Source: Monocercomonoides exilis PA203 (lineage: Eukaryota; Protista; Preaxostyla). Taken from it: a stretch of 64,000 nt of DNA. This document shows, piece after piece, positions 34,101-48,706 of the stretch (positions are counted from its first letter, which is position 1; every line of letters starts with the position of its first letter). Where the stretch lies: contig LSRY02000035.1 of NCBI GenBank assembly GCA_001643675.2, positions 744,001-808,000 of the forward strand, read 5' to 3'. The notes below the pieces were generated by a model. It did no database searches. It was not told the DNA's origin and saw only the letters and a program-made list of their open reading frames with translations. The position numbers were made by a program, and so were the translations under genes.

Positions 34101-37100
34101 TTGTCCAGATAAGGAACCAATTGAAGATGATGCGATGGAGCTGTTTTCAAAAGCGATAGATCTCAAATCATCAAAAGGATCAACAAAGGAATCAGTGTCA
34201 GAATATGAAGCAGAAGAACTTGAAGGAGAAGAAGAAAGAGGACGAAAAACATTCATGCGATCAACAAACAACAAAGGAGAATCTGAATTGAACGAATTTT
34301 TTGTTCCATCTCTCATTTCTGAATAATCGTACACTCTTTGCTTCGCCTGATCCAAAGATGACAGAGAATTCTCTTTGTTTAACATCAAAACAAAAGAATC
34401 ACTTTTATTTTCGTCTTCATCTTCTCTTTTCGATAAGCTTTCCTCACCAAAAGGCAATAAAGATTTTCCATCTGTTGCATTTTTATCATTTTGGGAATCA
34501 TCAACAATGTCTGAATCAGATTTTTTGTGATTCTTTCTTTCATCTTCGATTTCTTTTATGTTTTTGAATTTCTGGGTTTTTATTTCCATTTCATCATCTT
34601 CTTTCATATTTCCATCCTTTTGCATTTCTCTATCTCTATTTTCTTGTTCCATCTTCTGAAAAGCTTTCAACTGAATCTGCCTATTTATTTCCCAAGCTTC
34701 AGCAGTTTCATCAAGCTGATTGAGAAACGACAATGCAATTCTGACGTCTCTGTAAGACACACAAGCTGAAAGAGAAGAGCCAACAGAAGTTTCCACGCTG
34801 ATATATGAAAGAGATGTGTAATTGCTTTCTTCTTCTTCTAATTTGAGTGAAGGAGAAGAACCTGGATCAAATAACAGTTCATCAAATTCTTCTTCTCCAC
34901 TTGTATAGTTGTTTTTCGTATCCTCCACATTTGTTTTTTCATGTTGTTCAGCCTTCATTTTCTCTCCATTTTTGCTTATTGCATTCGAAATTGAAAACGA
35001 TGGCGGAAAAGTTGATGGCGTTGCTGCCGGAGAACGTGAGTATGTTGGGAGAGAAGGCGTTGGATAAGAAACATTCGTCAATGAACGATTAACAAATCTG
35101 TTTTGTGTTAATTTATTTGTCATATATACACTTGACTTTGATAAAGAAGATTGAATCGAATTGTTGTTTTCTTCCATTAGATCACAGTCCGGTGAGCAAA
35201 TTGTCTTGAATGGCTGAAGAGAAGTAGCATCATTTAGAATTGTGCAAAATGAAAGACTTTCCACATCAAGAAGGCTATTTTCCTTCAATTTTTGCTTTTC
35301 TTCACCAAAAATGGTTGAGTTTTGATTTGAAAACTGCACAGAAGCTGAATTCTTGTTCAATTGTGAATCATTATTATTGATGCCACATCCATTCTTTTTC
35401 CTGTTGTTTGTTTTGACGCCAGATACTGTAGTTATAACAGAAGTTGGGCCAGATATTCTATGTGGTTTTGGTGAAAGAAGAGAAAGTGGAATAAGCAGTG
35501 AATGTGGAGGAGGGAAAAATGATGAACAGAAAGCGGATGACGTAAAGTGTGGAAGAGTGTTTTTTAAAGAAATTGAATTTGTTGATGACAAATTTGGTGC
35601 ATCTGACTGAAGCGGTAATTTTGAAACACATGAATTCACAGATGAATGAGGCAGTGAAGAAAGAAGAGGATGAAAGAATGATTTCTTCATTTTATCAATG
35701 TGAAATAGGTTTGGTTGACAGCGGAATAACTCTATTGAATCAGCTGTGATATCACCAAAAATGAATTGAGTAGGATAAGATTCTGTGATGAATGAAAATG
35801 TGGATACTGGCGTAGTGTTAGAAGATTGCTCCGTTGAAGATACAGTGAATGGTGATTGGCGAGTACTTGAGCTTATTGTTTTTATTTGAACTGATGAAGA
35901 AGATGGAGATGGAACAGAATTAGTGAAATTAGTGCTTGACCGCTTTGCAGCCATCATTTCTTTGACCAAATCTCGTTGAAGTTGGAAATCAAGAAAAGGA
36001 TAAGTCTCTTTCAACAAAGCAATATTATTGTTGTGCTGTTTTTGAAGCCGACTTAAAGAAACAACCTCATTTTTCATCGATTCGTTTGTGCCCTTGCTTG
36101 AATAAAAATTGACACATGATTGTGCTGAATTTTGTTGAATAGTTGAAGTATTACAATGATTTTGGCTATTGTCTTTTTCATCATTAGTTTCTTCTTCTTC
36201 TTCTTCTTCTTCAAATGAGTATCGAATTGGATCTCCAACATTATTCGGCAATGCACAAATGAATGAGAGCTGACTGTTAACAGAAAGAGCCAAAGTGAAA
36301 GATGCAAATACTCTTGGATCATCCAACAAATGAACAGTTGCATCAACAAGAGACAATTTGACTCGAAAAATAGAAGGAAAGACTAAGGATTGTGGAATTC
36401 TTGAAACTGAACCTTGCTCTGTTGTATTTTTTCTTTGATGTTCTGTTTTTGGAACCAAATTAAGCGATTGTTCAGTTAATAAGTCCAACTTTGTGATATC
36501 ATTGTTCATTTTGTTTAACGAACCATTTTCAGTTTTCCTTTCGGTGCTTTGCTCAAATATACTGCGATAATCCATTCTTTCGTTCATTTTTGTGGAAGAT
36601 GCATTTTGATTCAGAGTTTGTTCAAACGATTCGAAATTAACATCTAATGTTGATAAAGAAGAGGCTGCTAGTTCTTCAACAGTCCGTACAAACATCGCTT
36701 TTTCAATTGAATAAAGCAAAAGCAATGGTTCTCTTTCATCGCGAATTGATTCTCGTAAATAGTTGCTTCTTTTGTTTTTCAAAGTTTTATTCATTTTAAG
36801 TTCTCTTTCTTTATCCTTCTGAATCCTTTTTGCTCTCTTTAGATAAGATTGAAATTCATTAACAATATTCGAATACAGCTCAAACACACTCATCACAAGA
36901 GGAATGTATTCAGTCAGAAAAGGAGGAGAAAGCAGAAACTGTGGAGAAATTAGTCGAAAGAAGATATCAGCGCAGCTTTTGTTGCTTTCTCGAATCACCT
37001 GAACTGTAAATGGTTTGCGAAGAAATAGATGAGACGAAATTATCGATGAATAAGTGATGAGAGAAGGAAGAGAAGGATAATCGCTGAATGATGGAAAAGA

Positions 37101-40100
37101 AAACATTGAAGAAGGATCTCCATTATTTTCGCTTTCTGTTTGTGAGCAACGCTCGTTTCCATTCGACTGAAAGGCAATATCGTTCCCACAGCTTTTGTTG
37201 GACTGGGTTGCGTTTGCAGCTTCGAGAGATGTTCCAGCAAGAGGATGCAGCGCCGCTATCTGTCCAAAGTGAGACAATGCATTTCTTCTTTGATAAATTG
37301 AATGTCTTGTCCTTCTTTTAGCACATGCTTTGCGGTTCAATTCTTTTCTCGTTCTTTCGCTAAAAGGTTTTTGTTTGACTTCTGAGCGATTAGCTGTTGA
37401 ATTAGAAGAGCCAAATTTTGTTTGCCCGGAAGAATCTGATGTCACATTGTTGGAAAAGTTATTTTTTGAAGTTAAAGAGACTCCTCCTGACACTCTCGAA
37501 TCTTCAACGGTAAAAGCATCCAACACAATTGTTGAAGCGATTGTCTTGTCCGAAAAAGAAAAGATGCATAAACGAGGCGATGCCACACGTGCCAAAGCCA
37601 AAGGATTGAAAAAAGAAGTGTCAAGAGAAGAAGAATTGCAATCAAATGAAGATGAATATTGTGATGAATGCAATGAAACACTTGAATTTTTCTTGTTGTT
37701 TTTGCCATGATGAAATGGATAACCAGAGCCAGAAATGAGAAAAGCAGTAACATCTGCAACAGTTGAGGTTAAAAGGAAACGAGGACGCAACGTTTTGCGA
37801 TCGCAAACATTAAGAGGAATGATATGTTCAGAAATAAGATAAGACGAATTGTTTTCTTGTGAATTTGATGAATGAGAAGAGTGAAGATTTTTGATTGTTG
37901 GCTGATGAACAGAAAAAGTTGATTGTTTATTATCAAAAGAAGAAAATGTAGAATTTGCAGCCGAAGTTAAAGGCGTTATTTTTTGTGATTCTGGAGTGTT
38001 TAATTCATTGATAACCTGATCAATCAAAGACAACCAAGAAAACGAAGAATCAACTTTCTTTCCATTTGATGGAGATGATGATAAAGTGGAGGAAGATAAA
38101 AACGCAGGTGATTGTGAAGCAAAAGAAGAAGGAGAAGAATGAATTGATACAGATGATGAATCGAATGGTTGATTCGCTTGCATTGAAAGAGATCGAGAAA
38201 CATCCAATATTTGAGCTGGCGGAGTGATTGGGGGAGAAGAATACAAAATTACTGGTGCAAATGAATGAGACAAAAGCTGATCTTCATCAGCTTCTCTATC
38301 ATCATTGTCACTTTTGACAATGGCCATATCCTTTTGCACCTGACTTGATTGATCGGAAGATAAATGATCGTTAGAGAGAGAAGAAGGAAATGCAGAAGAA
38401 GGGAAAGGTGAAGCAAGAACAGAAACAGCATTGCATTTTGGATCGGATACAATTACTGGCCAAAAACGTGGTGTTTGTGTCAGATTGTTGGCCACGCATA
38501 AATCGATAATGTGAAGAAGAGTCAGGTCAAGTGCCATCGACACACTGGAAACAGCGATTGCAAATGTGAAAGATGGCGGAAGTTTTGAAAAGGCTGAGGA
38601 GTCAAAATAATCAAGTGGGGTTGGTGGAACAGAAAGAAGATCTGAATGACTAATGAACTTCTCGCTCTGTGGCTCAACATAATCTACTTTGCGATTTTCA
38701 TCAATTTTTGCTTCATCTAATTCTTCTTTCTTTTCTTCCTCCATGCTTCCATTGCTATCCATAACATCATCCACAGGAATGAAGTCGGACTCAACAAGAG
38801 GAGAAGGAGGAGGAGAGTTGCCATTCTGTTCGTTCTGTTCAAAAGATGATGAAAACGAAGAAATTTTTGGAGATGAATAATGCGATGTTGCGGATGTTTC
38901 AGAAGAAATTGAAGGAGAACGTGGAGGAGATGGAGATTCAGATAGAACGTGTGTCATAATAAACACTGGTGGTAAAGCTTTTCTTCGAAAAACTGGTTTT
39001 TCTTCTTTGTTGTTTTCATTGGAATTTCCCTCATTTCCATTCTGTGAGTTTATTGAATCAGAATCATTCTGAACAGAACTTGAAGAAGAAAGAGTACTGT
39101 TATTTGATGTTGAATGAATTTCTTTTTCAAATGAAGATTTCATTTCGACTGAAGGTGTGATTTCTTTTGAAACTGCAGCTTCCTTCAAATGCTTTTCACG
39201 GTTTTCATCTTCTGTCTTCTTTTCCACAATATGAAATTCATGAACATTTGGATGAGACGCATATTCCAGGCACAAATGAAACACAACATCATGTGCCCTG
39301 GGAAAGCAGTTCATCAAGTTTCGAGTGTTGATTGCCATCTGCCTGCTCAAATTCTTCAACTGTTCTGGTTGATTCTTATTGTTTGTTTGACTTTCAGGAA
39401 TAGTTTGAATCGTATCATCACAAACATTTGGCAAAGCAAAGACTGGTATTTCCAAATCTGATAAAAGTGGATATCTTTTCACTTTTCGACTGTTGTTGAA
39501 TGTTTCTAGGGGAGTTAAAGAGCAAGTGAACACTGCATTCTTCTCAATGAGTGACTCAAGCTTGACCGATTCATATTCAACAAACGGCTTTAAAGATGGC
39601 ATTACCACTCTTTCATTATTCTCTGAAATTTGTGAAGTTGTTGATGGCTTCAAAGAGGCAAATGGAAAAGTTGAATACTCTTCAGTTTCACAATTGTCAA
39701 TTGTCAGTCCGTTTCCAATTCGTTCAACTTCTTCTTCATTTCTTTTGCTTTCTCTTTCGCCTTCTTCTTCATATTCATTTTCTCCTTTCAGTTTTGTTGA
39801 CTGCTTCGAAGATGATAAATGAATGCAGCCTGCAGAAAGCACAATGCAATGAGGATCAGTGAAAGAAAGTGGCAGAAGAAGAATTGGAGCTTCGAGATTA
39901 ACATTGATGAGTGGCCAACTGCGAATGGCTGTTGTGAAGGATTGAGAAATAAATGAAGGAGAAGAGATGGAGGAAGCCAATTCAGACGAGGCAAAATCAG
40001 AAAGAGTGGAAGTAGTTTGCGTGCTTTTTTGCTGGGAAAAATTAGAAGTTAGAAAGAAAATTGCAATTTCTTCCCAAAATCTCTTCAAAATAACAAAACG

Positions 40101-43100
40101 AACAGCAGAAGCAGCTCCAATAAAAGCTGATGAATATCTTCTTTGCATCAAAGCTTGCTTGAAGGCCGTTGTACTACTTTTGGAGGAATAAATGGAAAAT
40201 GGAGGAAGAGGAGCAAGTGAGGTTTCAGAGGACGAAGATGAAAGTTGCATTGCTTGAGAGCCTGTACACTCTTTCACGTAACAAAAAAGCATATCAAAAG
40301 CCGGACTTGAAGAAGAATGAGAAGACGATGCAAGTATATTGGAATTGGATCCGAACGATAGCATTTGTGGATAGATGGTTCGATACTGAAATGTCGAACA
40401 AGCTTCATCTGAATAAGAAGTGGATTGATTATTTGTTGAAAATTTGCTTTTTGTTGTTGAATAATCCATTTCAGCTTCTGATTCATCGAAAATGTTCAAT
40501 GACTGAAGAGAAACACCAAAGCGAGTTGTGTCTGCATCGTTCAGCATTTGGACAGAAAACGATGATAAATGGGCAGATGCAAAAGAAGTGTGACCATCTT
40601 CAATGATTTCTGGGTTGTCTTCTTTTTGTTCTTCATTTGAAATGGAATTTTCAGATGATTCACTTGTCGATGAATTATTTGGTAATGAATCTGTTTTCTG
40701 AGATTGAAACACTTCTGAAGATGAAGAAGATTGATATGAAACAAAACAAGAAGGAAGCTTCGAGTTATTCGTTCTTTGAACATTAGCATTTTCATTTTTT
40801 GGATGTTTGACATCTTTTGGTAGACGCATTTGAACAGAAAGATGGCCAAAGCGAACGCGAACAGAGGCATTTAGAGAAGAAGCGCGAGAAGATACAGACT
40901 GAATGGAAGAAGATGCCAAAGGAGGAAGAAATGAAGCCGATGCGAAATGCAATCGTGATGGATTCAGTTTCGAGAAAATTGAACTGTTTTTGCTTTCTGA
41001 TTGAAGCGGATCATTCAAACGATTTGTAGATTCATCACGTTTGCTTGAAAATGAACTTCTTTTTGTTTGAGAAGAAAGAAAAGCAAAGAGAGACGAAAAA
41101 GAATGTGTCAGGTGAGTTAAAGTTGTCTTTCGAAGTGTGACAGCAGCCTGCGAAAGAAGGAAATCGAAGCAAACATGTGGATGTGTGTTTGACTTGCACG
41201 TGATGAAATGAAGAGGATCATAAAAATGCTTTTCATTAGATTCAGAAGAATAAAGATGAGTGTTTTCTGTGGATTCCTCAGAATTGCACTTTCCAGAACA
41301 TATGGGTTCGATTGGTGCATCAAATGAATTGAAATGCTGAAGTGAAAATGGAACGATGGGTGAATTGCTCGAAGTGAATGACATAGCGATTTGCACAGCG
41401 GGAGGAGTGTGAAATGGATAATTGCTTGCTGATGATTTGAAATGAGATACATTTTGATCAGAAGAAGAAGAAGAAGAAGAGCGAACATGTTTTTTAGATT
41501 CGAACGAATGAATGCAATCTTTGTGAAGAGTCAGCTGAGCCAATCTCAGAGGAGGTGGAATAAAGACCATTGACGTTGAAGTATCAATTGCTGTTGAATT
41601 GCAATCACATTTTGAATTATTTTGATTTCTTTGGGGAAATACAGAATGATCGCATTCATCAGACGAAAGAAACAGACAGCGCGTTTTCGAGGAAAAATCC
41701 TCTCTTTCGTCAGCCGTTCCATTTCTTTCTCGATTCAATTTGTTTGAATTTTTCGTTCTTCCTTTCCTTTTTGCTTTTCTTCTGTCATATCCATTCTCTT
41801 CTTGCTCTTTCTCAACGTCTTCGAGCAAACGAACAGCAAAGCAAACTGGCTTTTTTTCGTCTGGTTTTTTATTGTTGAATTTTTCATTCATTTCATTAAC
41901 ATCATTGAGCTGCTTTCGATTCCCAGTTTGATCTTCTTTGTCGCTTTCCTTCTCTTTCATTTCCTTCTTCTTTCTTTCTCTTTCTTTTCTCTTATTCTCT
42001 TCAAGCGCATCAATGACAATGTATCTTTTCATCGAAAACTTCATTCCACCATCCGTTTTTCTTCTGGAAGCCTCAAAAGCAAAGTTGAAGATGTGTGCTT
42101 CAAGTAACTGTCTCTCTTGTGGAAGATTCAGAAACAGGAGCGATGGATCAACTGAAGATGAAACAGTGGATGTTTGATTCATTTTTGAAAGTGAGTCATT
42201 TTGGAATTTGGCTTTGTCAATCAAGAACTTATTATGCATTGCATTTAAAGAGAGAATTGCATCTTTTCTGGTGAAATTGGTCGCACCATTTCTTTGCTGA
42301 GATGTTTTATTGCGTGTCAAATTTCCATTTTCATTTTCTCCACCAAATAAACCGCCAGATGATTTTGAGAGCTGATCAAAAAACCTGTTTGTGAAACTGA
42401 AGATTCGAACAGTTAGATGCTTGACTTTTGCATCAACATACAATCTTGATACGAAGAATGACGAGAAGAAAGACTGAAGAGAAAGAATTGATGAAGAAGC
42501 AGAAGAAGAAGCTGAAAAAGATAATTGCGCAGCAAAATGTGACGAGCTTGAATTTTCGTTGCCATTTGGCCAAATCGAATGAGATGAATGAAATTTCGAT
42601 AAGAAAGAGTTTTCAACTTTGTGATTCAGTTGGCTTTCTTCGGTCATCGAGTAAAGCTCTTTTTCATCTGTGGAGGATTTATTGAACATATCAACAACTT
42701 CAGATGAACGAATTATAGAGTAATTATTCTTCAACTCTTCATTCGCTTTTTCATTTACATTGTTGAATTCATCGACTTTAACATCATTTTCATCATCTTC
42801 TTTTTCATTCTCAAATCTCTTCAGAACAGAAAGCAGAATGGCTATTCTTTTGCCGCTGACCGACAGGACAACCGAAGAGATGCGAAGAAGAAGCGACTGG
42901 CGAGGACGATAAAACGAAAGAGAAGATGACAATTCATCGAGTGAAGGAAGATGTGGCTGAAGTTCTAAAACAGAAGAAGAGATATCATTTGAAGAGGAAG
43001 GTGAATGAGGTGGAGATGTTGTGGAAATAGTGAGTGGGAAAGATGAAAGAGGAGAAGGAACACTCTCAGAAGAAGCAGAAGAAGCAGAAGAAGAAGAAGA

Positions 43101-46100
43101 ATCAGATAAAGTTGTTGCGGATGATGAAGATTGTGGATAAAAACTGAAAGAAGAAGGAAGTGAAAGAGACAAAGGCCAGAAAGGTGGGACATTTTTAGGA
43201 TCTGCAAATGACTGAAGCGAATGACGAGGATTCGAAGATGGTTGTTGAATTGCTTCAGAATCTGATGATGAAGAATTAATAGGCGATGCTGTTGGCAATT
43301 CATTCAGTGCATTCTGCCTGACTTGGTGAATGCGATTTTTGAAGAGCGATACGTTCAGCGTGAGTGGATCTAAAACATCCTCCACAAAAAATGATTCATT
43401 GCCACTTTGAGAATTGCTCTCCAAGTTGGATTCCAACCAGTTCTGAAGAGAATTCGTGACAGAAACAGAAAAGTTGGACAGGTCCAGTTGAACTGTTTTC
43501 TTTCCTTTGAGCGAAGTTTTTATAATTCTTTGAGAAGAATTAAGATTGGAAGAGTTTGTATTTCTTGTGAAATACGATGATGGATATACTTTCAATCGGC
43601 ATTCACCCATCTTCACAACAGCAGCGGGTGTGTTGCAGAGCCTCTCGTCTGCCGGAAACAGGAAAGAAGGAGCACGAAAATGGACGTCCATCAAAAGATG
43701 TGGAATGACATCAGAGAAAAGAGAAGTGATTTGAGAGCTGATGGAAGATGAAGACAGGAGCTCCAGTGGAAGTGCCTGGGCATCGTCAGAAACGATCAGG
43801 GAAGAAAAGGGCTGGCACAAAACAGACAGAAAAGAAGAGAGTCGCCGGATGAAAGGAAGTGAAAACACGAAAGAAGGAGAGAAGGCTGTGACTGTGAGAG
43901 TGGATGGAGGAGATGAAGATGGTGAAGAAGAAGAAGAAGAAGCTGAATTGCTTTGCTGAAATGGATTCGATGTGGAAATTGAAGTGGCAGATGAAGAAGA
44001 TGATGATGATGAAGTTAAATTGGCAGAAGAGAAAGAGAGTGAGTGATTTCCTTGAGATGGATACAAGTTTGCTACAACTTCAATCAAAGTCTCGTCAGAA
44101 CTTGGTGAAATAGTCAAAGAAGGAAACTTTGACTTAAGATGAGAAGACGATTGAGAATGAGACGACGAGGAGGAAGATGATGAGGAAAAAGAGGATTCTG
44201 TGGTATCAGACTCAAAAATATTAACATCAAAAGAAGAAAGAATATTCTTATTTTCGTCTTTTTCATCGTCAGCATCAGGATCGATGATGTTAAAAGAACC
44301 TACACACATTCGAACATGTGCAGATATTGTGTTTGAGAAAGCAGACGAAGGAGCAGACTCCAAATGCGCAAAAGGATTGAAAGTGTTTTGGGAAGAAGGA
44401 AGAGGAGGAGATTGAAGAGGAGGAGCAGAAGGTGAACTGTCTAATTGATTGACTGATTGCGATTGGTCTGTCGTTCTGATGAACGGGAATGAAATTGGTT
44501 GAAGACCAGTTTTTGTTGAAGTATCTTCTTCATTAAAATTGTCATTTTGTGCTTCAGCTTTATCATTTACATTAAAATTTCTATTAACTTGGCCTTCCTC
44601 ATCTTCCTCCTCTTCCTCTTCCTCATCATCCTCTTCTTCCAAATCACTCATATTTTCATCTCCATTGTCAGAATTGCTTGCCATTTTTGTCTGTTCCATC
44701 CATTCAACAATCCTCAATGACGATTTAATCGGCTCTGCATACGAATTGTTGAGGCCTGTTCGGATGGATGCTGCGACAGAAATCGATTTTGAATTCAAAA
44801 TAACAACAGGACGAAGATAAAGCTTTGAGTGAGAATTTTGTTGACCGTTTGAAAAAGAAGAGATGAGATTAGGATTTGAAGAAGAAGAGGCAGAAGAAGA
44901 TTCTTGATATGAGTCAACAGCAGATGAAGCAGATGAGAAAGGGAAAGTTTGAACAGAAGAATCGCTAATGCTATCATCGTAATTAGTATTTGCCAAAGAA
45001 GATGGCAAATGTGTTTCGGACACAAAAGATGAGGAAGAAGAAAGGTTAGATGCTTCAGCTGTATCAGGTTCGTTTTCAGGCTCAATGATTTGTGCACCAA
45101 CAGCATTGTCTTCATCAATTGTAAGAATTGGTATGTTGATTGAGCTCACATTGTTTGAATTAGCCTGAATGTGTGCAATTGATACAGGTGGGGCTGTTGA
45201 TCGCGTGAATGAATTTGAACTGTGTTCTGAAGAATTCAATACTGAACTTGAAGTTTCATTCGAATCAGTTCCATTTTGATGTTTTGTAGAATCTGATGGA
45301 TCTGACGATGAATCAATTGAAAATGAAGTGAATGGAAAAGAGGTATCTTCAATTTCATTTTCATTGTTACTGGCAGCATTATTCTCAACTGAACTTTGTG
45401 AAGGCTCTTCTGTTGGATAGAATGGAATGTTTGGCAAAGTTAATGCTTCAATAGAATGACGTGTCTCAGACAATGAAGAATCGTTATTTAATGAAATGAA
45501 TGGAATTGAAACTGGTTGAAATGGCTTTGTTGAAGAAGGTGAATGCTGTTCTTGCGAAGAAGAAGAAGTTGTTGTTGTTGAAGAGGAAGAGGAAGAAGAA
45601 GATGGCATAGATGAAGGCAGAGTTGATGATGATGTTTTTGGTAGCAATGTCTCAGGCTCAGAAGAGGAGGCAGTTGTGACTGTCAAATTCCCATCATTCG
45701 TCTGAGTTTTTGTTTCATTCAACTCTTTTTTCTTTTTCCGAGGTGAATAAACATCTGCCAAAATGAGAGCGAATTGAGGCACATTCAGCTGGACTGAAAT
45801 TAATTCTCTGTCAATCGGCTCATCTGGCTGCGCAGATAAACCAGCAGAAGAATTTCTGAAGTTGTCACGTGCTTCTTTTAATCTCAAATCCTTCTTTTGT
45901 TCTTTCGCTCTCTTTGCTCTCTCTCTTTCCTTCTCTCTTTCCTTCTCCACCTCTTCCCACCCGAGCAAGTCCAGCACCATCTTCATCTGCTTCTTCTCCA
46001 GTACTCCGCCTTCCACCATCCCCAGCAGTGAAAACCCGCTTTCCCTCTCTCTCACCTTCCACCTCGTCCCCTTCACCAGCTCCTCTGCCTGCGCAAGCAT

Positions 46101-48240
46101 CCTCCTCTCTCCCGGCGCCTGCCTCATTTCCTCGTCGCACCACCGCCGAAACAGAAGAATAGCCTCCATGTCGTATCTGTGCTCGATTTCAGTCAAAAGA
46201 GGCGAATATGAGACACTTTTGTGCAGTTGCAGAGTTGAAACAGAAGGAAGAGAAAAAGCTCCCGAAGAATTTGAAGAGCCCAACATCGCCTTCAGCCTGG
46301 CTTCTTTCTCTTTCTCTCTTTCTTTCTCCTTTTCTCTGTTTTTCTCTGACTCCAGCCGCATTCTCAGCGCCTTTTGTGCTACAAACCCCTGCATAATCTC
46401 GTGTTTTCTCACAGCAATGTAAAGTTTCCTGTCTTTTCTTCGCTGTCCCATCGCATCCCAGCTGAAAGAAGCACGCCGAACACGCACAATTTGCAGGATG
46501 CAGTCACACAACAGCCGCCAGCGCTGTTTGGCTTGTGAGGAAACACGAAAGGAGCTGGTTGATTGCAAGCTTGGGTTGGAAAATATGGAACTTTGATTTG
46601 ACTGAGAAGGAGAAGAGGATGAGGAAGAAGATGGAAAGGCGATTGAGGACTTGAGAAGAAGAGGCCAATGAGTAGCAGCGGCCGATGATGTGAATGAAGA
46701 TAGAGAATTCATTGCAACAGAAGAGGAGGAAGAGGAAGAAGAAAAAGACGAAGAAGGATTAGTTGACTCAAAAGAAGTGCCAAATGGAGTAGGATATGTG
46801 CTGTTAAATTCAGCATGTGGAAGAGGAACCCTCTTTCTTTCATTCAGTTTCTTGTCAACAAGAACAGAATACTTTGCAATGGCATCAGTTGTCTCGTCAA
46901 CAAACCACAAGGAACGAAGAATGTTTGCCGCAGTGACCATCGCAGGCGGATGGAGCAGAACAGAAATCGGCTTCACCTGAAATTGTTCGGTTGGCTGAGA
47001 TGAAGATGAAAGTGAAGAAGAAGAAAAAGAACTGGAAAAAAGAGGAGAAAGTGTTGGAGAAGGTGATGGTGAATGAGGAAATGGACTTGAAGGAATAACC
47101 GCAGAAAAAGAAGAAGAAGAAGAGGTGCTCAAAGACTGTTGTGGAGCTGAATTTGCGTGGGACATGGACAAGCGAAGGTCAAGATGTGTTTCTGAACCTC
47201 CAAGAATTGGATGAAGAAAATCCATTGATAGCGAAATTGTCGTGTTCTTGACAAGGCACGTGGACGGGTAAGAACAACGAGATGACTCATCATTTCCCAA
47301 TCTAGATTTGTTTGCTTGAAAAGCATTCAGCGTTATTCTGTTTGAAGTTTCATTTGAGCTTTTTGGCTGAACAGTCTGAATTGATTTGTGACGAGGGTTG
47401 TTGCATGTGTGAATGAGCGCAGGGAGCCGAAACCACTCCAGAGAAATGTCATGCAGCGTCAGCTTCTTAAACACACCACGAGATCTGACTGAGGGAACAA
47501 GGACGGGCTGGCCTGTCGCTGGATTGATTGAATGGAGCTCAATTATTGGAATAGTGAACAAAAACGAGCCTGTCTCTCCTTTATCAGCAATTGGATCATC
47601 TATTCGAAAAGATACGTCTTCTATGCTTATTTGAAAACGATTTATGCTTTGGAGAATTACAAAAATCTCAGCATTTTCATCTCCTTTTCCACTATCATTT
47701 GTTGTATCTCTTGTTTCAAGCATTTGCGTAAGAATCGCCAAAAAATTGCTTGGCTCAAAGAAAAAATCTTCCAGCTGTTTTTCCTTAAGAGTTTCCTGCG
47801 TTTTTATTTGATTGATCTTTGCTTTCAAATCAAACTAATTTTTTGTTAATAAATCTTCATAAATAAATCTTTATAAAATAATACCTGTTTAAGCTCTGTC
47901 ACAATAACTACATTTGAAATTCTAAGAGATATAGGCTTTTGTGTTGATTTGAAAATATCTATTTGAAGACAAATTTTTCCAATCGAAACTGAACAATACA
48001 AAATATAACTTATATTTCATCTCTAAATCGATAACAAAAAAGCGCACATTGTTTTATGTTAATTCCGGGGAACATGTGGTTAAATGCATTTTGTTTCAAT
48101 TTCAAATTTTGTAAAACAATTTCTCCAGCAGTCACGTCATCTCCAAATGATTGAGAATCAATTCCCACAAAATATTGCGAGAGTTTGGACTTTATTGCAG
48201 AAGCAATTGCTTTTGAAATAAATCTTCGTACAGTGTCCAT
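25199..48240 (-). CDS. VPS13: VPS13-family bridge-like lipid transfer protein, predicted 7622 aa, 4 exons
   Basis: Chorein_N start (LSQYFVGID...GEIVLQNLKLK), QISIEDVSFRIDD, VAB-type repeats (I-x-N-x-T/L-P), QMDNS...YPV, ATG2_C-like GVSGIVSRPMDEAQKNGISGLVKGVGQGLAGLVVKP, C-terminal PH-like part. Exons 48240-48048, 47988-47885, 47834-25959 and 25894-25199 sum to 22869 nt in frame. Confidence 0.92.
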
Positions 48241-48706
48241 TATGGATTCTCAATTCTCAGCAGCTTCACTTGGATAATGACCTCCGAATGTTTTGAAAAA
48301 TTTGTTATGGTTATTTGCGATTAGTAAAATTGATAATTTTCAAGATTAATGCACTTGCACGAAATAAAAAACCTTAAATCAAAAAAATAATTTCTGAGAT
48401 GCAATTTTTGTGATGTATTCAGAAAATATCTCTTTGAATTACTCGTTTGAAACAATAATTGCAAAAAATCTTTTTTCACATAATGTTTTAATTCGTATTT
48501 AAACGGAAAATGTGAATTCTGAATGAATGCTTTGAAAATAAATTCATTCTAATACATCTAATGAATCAGCATTTTGCATTCAAAAAAATACATACAAAAA
48601 TTAATAATCATTTTCTAAAAACAGTTTTCTTTAAACTTGCCAAAAAGTGTAGTGAATGTTCAATGAAATGGGTGGTATGTTTGTAACTAACGTGTATATC
48701 ACATAT

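Noticed and set aside
26135-47849. Dozens of antisense or alternate-frame ORFs within VPS13 (likewise within PP2A-A, UBA1 and EHD)
   Set aside because: They are shadows of TCT/TCA/GAA-rich codon usage, giving poly-Glu/Lys/Leu with no independent motifs.
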